From positions 15,686,001 to 15,750,000 of the forward strand of contig OZ024745.1 of assembly GCA_964016885.1 (NCBI GenBank): 64,000 nucleotides of DNA, in the 5' to 3' direction. This DNA is from Eledone cirrhosa (Eukaryota). The translations under genes were made by a program, and so were the position numbers. Shown in pieces: positions 57,901 through 64,000 of this stretch (position 1 is the first letter of the stretch; every line of letters starts with the position of its first letter). The notes beneath the pieces are model-generated. The model did no database searches. It worked only from the letters and a program-made list of their open reading frames with translations, and was not told the DNA's origin.

Positions 57901-58110
57901 TAGACATACATAGACATACACAGACATACACAGATATACATAGACATACACAGACATACACAGATATACACAGGCATACACAGATATACAGAGACATACA
58001 CAGATATACACAGACATACACAGACATACACAGGCATTCACAGACATACACAGACATACACAGACATACACAGATATACACAGATATACACAGACATACA
58101 CAGATATACA
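39935..58110. repeat. ~18 kb satellite, 10-bp unit ACACAGA(C/T)AT, with higher-order repeats
   Basis: Continuous catacacaga/tatacacaga units (~1,800); rare variants recur at ~2 kb and ~7.9 kb spacing. Confidence 0.98.
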
Positions 58111-58202
58111 CGACCACACTCACTTTCATGTGTATACATATGTATGCATATTCCATGCTTGCATGGATTAAATGGACTTTAAACGGGGATGATATATATA
58201 TA

Positions 58203-61200
58203 TCTATCTAAGGCGGGTAAAATTCCCGAGATCCATGGACGAGTTCTCTCCAGCTGTCTCTGTCCCTCATTATCGCTGCCATGTCCTGCGACTCCAACAG
58301 ACCAGTGTCTGTCCTTAGGGCATCAACATACGTTAACCTTGGTATTCCACTTCTAGTGTGTCCATGTAGGGGCTCCCAAAGGAGCACTGAGTGCAATGTC
58401 AACTCTGGATGTCGGTGAGCATGTCCAGCTAACCTCACTCTCCTCTGTGTCACTTTTGAGCTGACTTTTGGGATGCTCCCATACAGCTCTGAGTTTTTCA
58501 TCCTCAGTGTATACTGATTAATGTTCAGAGCCATCCTCAGCATTCTCGTATAGCACCCATCCACCATCTGAGTGAGTTTCTGGGTCAGTGTCCAAGTCTC
58601 AGACCCATACAGCAGCACAGACTCCACTACAGCAATGATGAGGCGGATTTTCAGGTCTCTACGAAGGTCCGACTTCCACACCGATTTCAAGCTGTGGCAC
58701 GCCGCCCAGGCCTTACTCTTCCTCTCAACCACATCATCTTCCGTATTCCCAATCTTTGCTCCCAAATACAGGAAGCCCTCAACCAATTCCAGCGGCTTCC
58801 CGCCTACATTAGTGATCCCCTCTGACTTCTCAACATTCTCTACCAGATATTTTGTTTTAGTCTCATTCATTCTCAGCCCCACACTCATCGACACAGTCTC
58901 AACCTCCCGCATCAAATCCTCTGCCTCCTTCACTGTATTTGTCACCAAAACTATGTCGTCGGCAAATTCAGCATCTGATACCTTTTTCGCCTTAACTCTC
59001 CTGCTCTGAGCCGGTGCTACAGTAAAGCCAGAGTCCTGGTGTTTCTCCAGTGCAAGGCGCATACAATAGTCCACTACGATGGTAAAAAGGTAGGGAGCCA
59101 ATGTATCTCCCTGGAGCACTCCAGCTAGTATCTCAAAGGACTCTGTCATCCCATCAGGTGTAATGACTTGGGCTTTGGTGTTGGTGTAGTGCAGTGATAT
59201 CAGGTCCACTATCTTCTTGGGGATTCCATAAGCTTGTAAGATCTTCATCAGGCAGCAACGGTCCACAGAATCAAAGGCCTTCCTAAAGTCAATGAAAACC
59301 ATGACCGCAGGAAGGCACTTTGCTCTAGCTCCCTCTAATATCCTCCTCAGCATCAGGATGTGACTGGTGGTTGATTTACCTCTCTGAAGCCGTTCTGGTT
59401 GTCCCTGAGCTTCTTCTCCATCTCAGGCTGGATCCTGTTAAGAATCATCCTGTTGAGGGTCTTTGCCACAAGTGACGTCAGTGAGATCCCCCTGTAGTTG
59501 TTGGTGTTAGAGAGATCTCCCTTCTTTGGCACTGGGACGATGTTACTGATCCTCCACTGATTCGGGGCAACTCCTTTCTCCAGTTTCTGGTTACAGAACC
59601 CCAAGATGATATCATCAAAATCACACCTCTTCATCACCTCTGATGCCACTCCATCTTCTCCATGAGCCTTGCCCTCCTTGATCCTCTTCTTGGCTCTCTG
59701 AAGCTCCTCTTTGGTGAATGGCTCTGTCTCAACATCCTGTTCCTCAAACAGCCGCCTGATCTCCCCAGTGCTCTGGGCTGTGGAGGGTGGCTCTCCTAGT
59801 AGGGTCCTAAAATGGTCTAGCCATTTCCTCTTCCTATCCTCGGGCCCCGTTCCCTGGATCTGACTCGAACACCTTCTCTTCCTCCTTGTGATCTCGTTGA
59901 TGATCATCCAGCTCTCCTTACATCCAGATCCGTCAACCGCTCTCTCCACACTTCTGATCTTCTCTATCAGTGCCTCCTCTCTGACCTCAGTGTAAGCGGT
60001 ACAGAGCTCTTCCCTCATCACCTCCACAGTCCCCATCATCTCCTCCGTAGAATCAGCATAGAATTGGTCCTTGGCAGCTTCCAGGTGTTCTCTGGCTGCA
60101 CACACTTTTGGGTTTGCAGAGCTGACGTGCTTCCCTTTGTTCTTTTTCCTCGGCACCAGGGTTTCACTTGCTTCCGCCACTGCATTGGTGAAGTGCCCGT
60201 ACCTCCTCGTCACACTCTCCTCAGTCCATCCAATCTCTCTCTCCTCTGACTCTCCACACAGAGCACTAAACCTGTTTCTCACCTCCACCGTGAACCTGTT
60301 CTGTAGCTTCTCATCTTCCTTGAAAGCTCCCCAGTCATAGATTGCTCTCCGGGGCCGAGCCTTGCTCTTTCTTAAGCTCACCCGGACCTCACTCATAACA
60401 AGCCGGTGGTCACTACCCAGTGTACTGAAATAGTTGTATGGCTCTGTGTTCAGAACACTATTCCGCCACTTTTTCCTCACCAGAATGAAATCAATCTGGG
60501 ACTTGGACAGGTTCACATCTGAGATGTAGGTCCACATCTTCCCCAGATTCTTCCTAAACCTTAGGTTGGTCGCCATCAAGTTCGCCTCCAGCAGGGTGTC
60601 TCTCAGTAGTCTTCCATTTCGGTTGGTGTTGTTATGGAAGTACCAGCAAGGATCTTCACTGCCCTCCTTACTCAGATGTGCATTGAAGTCCCCCAAAACA
60701 AGCAGGATATTGTGTGCCTGAGTGGTGTTGACAGCTCTACACACCTCCTCATGGAACTCTTCCGCACTCACATCACTGTCTCCCTCGGTTGGACTATAGG
60801 CTGAGATGACTGTCAGTCTTGGGTTTCCATTGAAGGTCACCCTCAACACTCGCGGGGAGATAGATATTATTTCCCTCACCAACAGATTGGTTTTTGCACT
60901 GAACACAAAACCCACTCCTCCCACTGCAGCATTGGTCATGTTCCTCACTGCCGATGTTGTGATGAGCTGGCTCATCTTCCCAATCATCACACTCCTCACT
61001 GGCTCATCGTGTAGGATCCTGTGTTCTTGGATCACAAGTATCTGTATACCACTCTCCTCGAACAGATGTCCCAACTCCTCTCTCTTCACCAGCGTCCGAA
61101 TAGTCCTCACATTCAAAGTGCCCATTTTGATGGCTCTTCTGCAGGACAAAACTGCATTCTTTATATTTGTCTCAGAGACAGCCGATCCATCATCCACTGG

Positions 61201-61513
61201 CCCTCTCTGTGGCTCTAAGCCAGCAGAGTCATAACGACCAGGCTGCTCCTTGACAGTGTAATTAGGGGCTCTAACACTAGTGCTGTTAGATCGACTCTCC
61301 ATATTTCTTTTCAATGGCTGACAATACCTTACCGGCGCCACTCGAATAAGGTAGTTATTTAACCCATAAACGGAGCCCTAACAGGTACTACCACCCCGGG
61401 CCAGGGCAGACTTGGGAGTCATGACAATTAAGGGGCAACTCCACATTCCCCACAACTCCTGAACTCCCGAACTGGAGCCTTGCCACTGGATGTAGTTTAA
61501 TGTCATACCCAGG

Positions 61514-61516
<3 letters not shown>
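58203..61516 (-). mobile_element. Near full-length RTE-clade LINE (APE endonuclease + reverse transcriptase), one frameshift
   Basis: APE motifs GTLNVRT, IQEHR, SAYSPT, LGDFNAH, QIDFIL, SDHRLV; RT motifs PVPKKGD..NYRGISL, QNGFR, FIDFRKAFDSV, GVLQGDTLAPYLF, EFADD, FLYLG; single-ORF RTE layout; (TAGA) tail; (TA)n on both sides. Confidence 0.95.
58208..61341 (-). pseudogene. RTE EN-RT ORF split by an apparent 1-nt deletion near 59380
   Basis: ORFs 59353-61341 and 58208-59353 join as QNGFRE-G-KSTTSHILMLRRILE if one G is restored in AGAGAG^GTAAATCA. Confidence 0.9.
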
Positions 61517-61548
<32 letters not shown>

Positions 61549-61551
<3 letters not shown>

Positions 61552-61648
61552 TTGTTTCTACAATAGGCACAAGGCCAGCAATTATCTCAGTGTATTACTG
61601 GTACTTTATTTTATCGACCCCCGTAAGGATGAAAGGCAAAATTAACCA
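61549..61648 (-). mobile_element. SINE 3' fragment
   Basis: tgtttcta..aggcacaaggcc..actggtactttattttatcgacccc..ggatgaaaggcaaa. Confidence 0.8.
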
Positions 61649-62340
61649 CGTAAGTGAAACATGTTAAAGTTGGCTTCGTTTATTCTAATTCGCTGGTATA
61701 TATATTTCAGTGACAGCCATACACTACACATACACTACACACACACACACACAACACTTACACTACACATACACACACACACACAACACACACATATAGA
61801 GACAATATTCGTCTTTTAATTTGTAAAGCGCGGACAGAAAACATACAACAGACAACTTCGATTTATTTATATAGATATTGCAGTTATTTATTACATATAA
61901 ATGTTCTATATTTATTATGCTAAACATAATACATCTCATCTATATAAAGGGGAAATATTTATGTTTCACAATAAAACATTTATCGCCAAGCATCTAAAAA
62001 AGAAATTCATACAATGGTACAATGGTAAACTGGAAGGAAAATGTCATGTTATCATAGAATGAATAGAGGAAAAAATACTGAAGTGAATTGTACAAAATAT
62101 TTGATGGGTAGTAGACTTAATAAATAGGATTATATGAACAAACTGTCATGACATGAATAATAAAGAAATATAGAGAAGATAATAAAGAAATATAGAGAAG
62201 ATAGAGAAATATAGAAAAGAGATTGTTAGAATAAGTGCATAGACATATTTAAATTATTATAAACTAATTGTCAATATTATTGAACGAGTGATGAGGATGA
62301 TCTGTTAAGAAAACACCAAACAAAAAATACAAAGCCTTTC

Positions 62341-62374
<34 letters not shown>

Positions 62375-62378
<4 letters not shown>

Positions 62379-63468
62379 TACTTGGGGAGGGTCATATTTG
62401 TGTAATATTGCCAGAATTAATAACAGAACACACTCACTGTCTGGTTGGTTTTCGCTTTTCGCTTCTGTGTCTTTTATATCGGTAATTTAATTTAATCGGT
62501 CCTAAATGTTGCCATTGACTGACCGACGGTCAAAAATACAGATACAATATAGACAAACACATATATATAGTTTATAAAAGTTCTTTCGTTGCACATCTGC
62601 AACATCGTCAGTGGTGCTATTGTTTCCTCCCGTTGCATTGTATTTTCTACGCCATCTTTATTTAGTCAGTTTATATATTTATTTATTTGTTTATTTTATT
62701 CTGTCTTCTTTGCGCATGCGTTTGCGTGTGTGTATAGTGTTTTGTTTGATGTGTGTTCGTGATTGGGTGACTGTGTATTGGTTAATGTATTCTATCTTTA
62801 CTAGTGTGTGTTTATATGTGTTTGTTGTTATTGTGATTGTGTATGTATTAATTTATTTATTTATCTATTTATTCATTTATACATCTCTTAGGTCAGTGTT
62901 GTTTGTTTGGGTGTTGTTGTTATTCCATTCATTTTTTCTGTTTAGCCTTGGCCTTCTAACTTCTATTTCACTGGCCTCTCTGCTGGGTCATTTCTATGTT
63001 TAGATATGATTCTAATTTCTATGTTGTCTATGTTACCGTCGTGTTGTTGTCTGGCAGGTTCGTATAGTACTGAACCGTTTTTTCGTCCTTTTAGTTCCCC
63101 CCAGTGTTGGTCTATCCTTTCACCTATGCTACGAGCTGTCTCGCCTATGTATGTTGTTGTCATGTTTTTGCAAGTACCCTGTGTACATCTTATGCTATAG
63201 ACTACGTTTCTAGTTTTACAGTTTTTCCGGGGGTTTACCTTACATATGATACATTTCCTATTAGTACAGTGGGTTTTCTTGAAAGGGTAGGTTTTGCTGA
63301 TCAGGGATTTTATGGTGGTTCCTGGCTTTTCTACCACCTTAATCTTTAAGTGGGTCTTTCTCAGGGCCTTTCTACACTGGTTAGATAATTTCCCTCCAGA
63401 GGTAGCGTCCACAAACATGACACTCTGGTATCTCTGGTTGTCGTACCATGAGGTGGCTTTCCCTATCT

Positions 63469-63469
<1 letters not shown>
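62375..63469 (-). mobile_element. 5'-truncated Penelope-like element: Cys-rich linker, GIY-YIG endonuclease and 3' pseudo-LTR
   Basis: WY..SVMFVDAT..KVVEKPG..C.4.C.2.C...CKTRNVVYSIRC..YIGETARSIGERIDQH; terminal ~280 bp homologous to the 32068 palindrome arms; flanked by (TA)n. Confidence 0.9.
62584..62611 (-). ncRNA. Hammerhead-ribozyme-like core in the PLE terminal repeat (second copy at 32269-32296)
   Basis: CTGACGA-t-GTTGCA gatg TGCAAC-GAAA on the element's sense strand; stems I and III not convincingly resolved. Confidence 0.5.
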
Positions 63470-63543
<74 letters not shown>

Positions 63544-63859
63544 TGAGAAAGTGGCTTCCTTGTTCAATCATCTTACCATAAGCCTGACTTTATTTATGTA
63601 AGCGGACGGTACTTGATTTAGGAGCCGCAGAAACCCATATACTGGATTTTACCAACCTTCTAGGGGTCCGGGTAAATTTTCAATACCCGAATTACTTGAT
63701 CGTTTTTTGGTTATGCGAATGATTGTTTAACCATCGTTTCAGTGTGTTTGGCCTTTAACGTTTGTTATAGCTCTGGTTCATCTGAATCATTGAGCACTTG
63801 CCGCACATCTCGGAGGTTGTTTTCGTTATTTCGTGGGCCGAAATGCGAATCTCGATAAT

Positions 63860-64000
63860 TTATGTTTGTATTATTCTCCAGACTCTAGCTATTGACCAGT
63901 TAATTTTCTTGATTTTTTAGTTGACTCCATTGACTGATGAATAGCTTATGTTAATTTTAACCCTTCTGTTGAGAACTCTATTCGATTTGTGATGTGTTTG
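63860..64000 (-). mobile_element. Possible degenerate second Penelope-like fragment
   Basis: HKSNRVLNRRVKINISYSS resembles the PLE post-RT motif HK..KIFNR..KISYS; contains stops. Confidence 0.35.

Noticed and set aside
39803-58156. Giant ORFs (up to 2905 aa, C/V/Y/M/S-rich or H/T/D/I/R-rich)
   Set aside because: Artefacts of a 10-bp repeat lacking stop codons; open in several frames at once, with no domain or splice context.
58572-61234. Plus-strand ORFs of 61-145 aa
   Set aside because: Antisense shadows of the RTE coding region.
61342-61516. Possible HDV-like ribozyme in the RTE 5'UTR
   Set aside because: Known from some RTE elements, but I could not find the nested double-pseudoknot core by eye; the extreme 5' end may be missing.

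Overview
AT-rich, repeat-dense animal genomic DNA. The SINE families and microsatellite style suggest an octopod cephalopod, but that is inference from recalled sequences, not a database match. The minus strand carries the middle of a CELF1/2-subfamily (CUGBP/Bruno/ETR-3) RNA-binding protein gene. Nine GT-AG exons between 24624 and 1271 splice into one open frame (1074 nt) covering all of RRM2 and most of the low-complexity divergent domain; the RRM1 and RRM3 exons were not found in the window. The introns hold several candidate alternative exons: frame-preserving 21-nt and 33-nt cassettes, two poison-type exons and a possible alternative last exon. They also hold Helitron, piggyBac, CR1, Penelope-like (with hammerhead-like cores) and many SINE insertions. 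Beyond a 200-N scaffold gap (36553-36752) lie an ~18 kb, 10-bp-unit satellite with ~2 kb and ~7.9 kb higher-order structure, an RTE LINE one frameshift from intact, and a Penelope-like GIY-YIG fragment. Most speculative lead: on the CELF sense strand the satellite reads (UGUCUGUGUA/UAUCUGUGUA)n, i.e. ~1,800 CELF-type UGU/U(A/G) sites apparently inside the CELF gene's own intron. Together with the poison and cassette exons this would fit an autoregulatory system.
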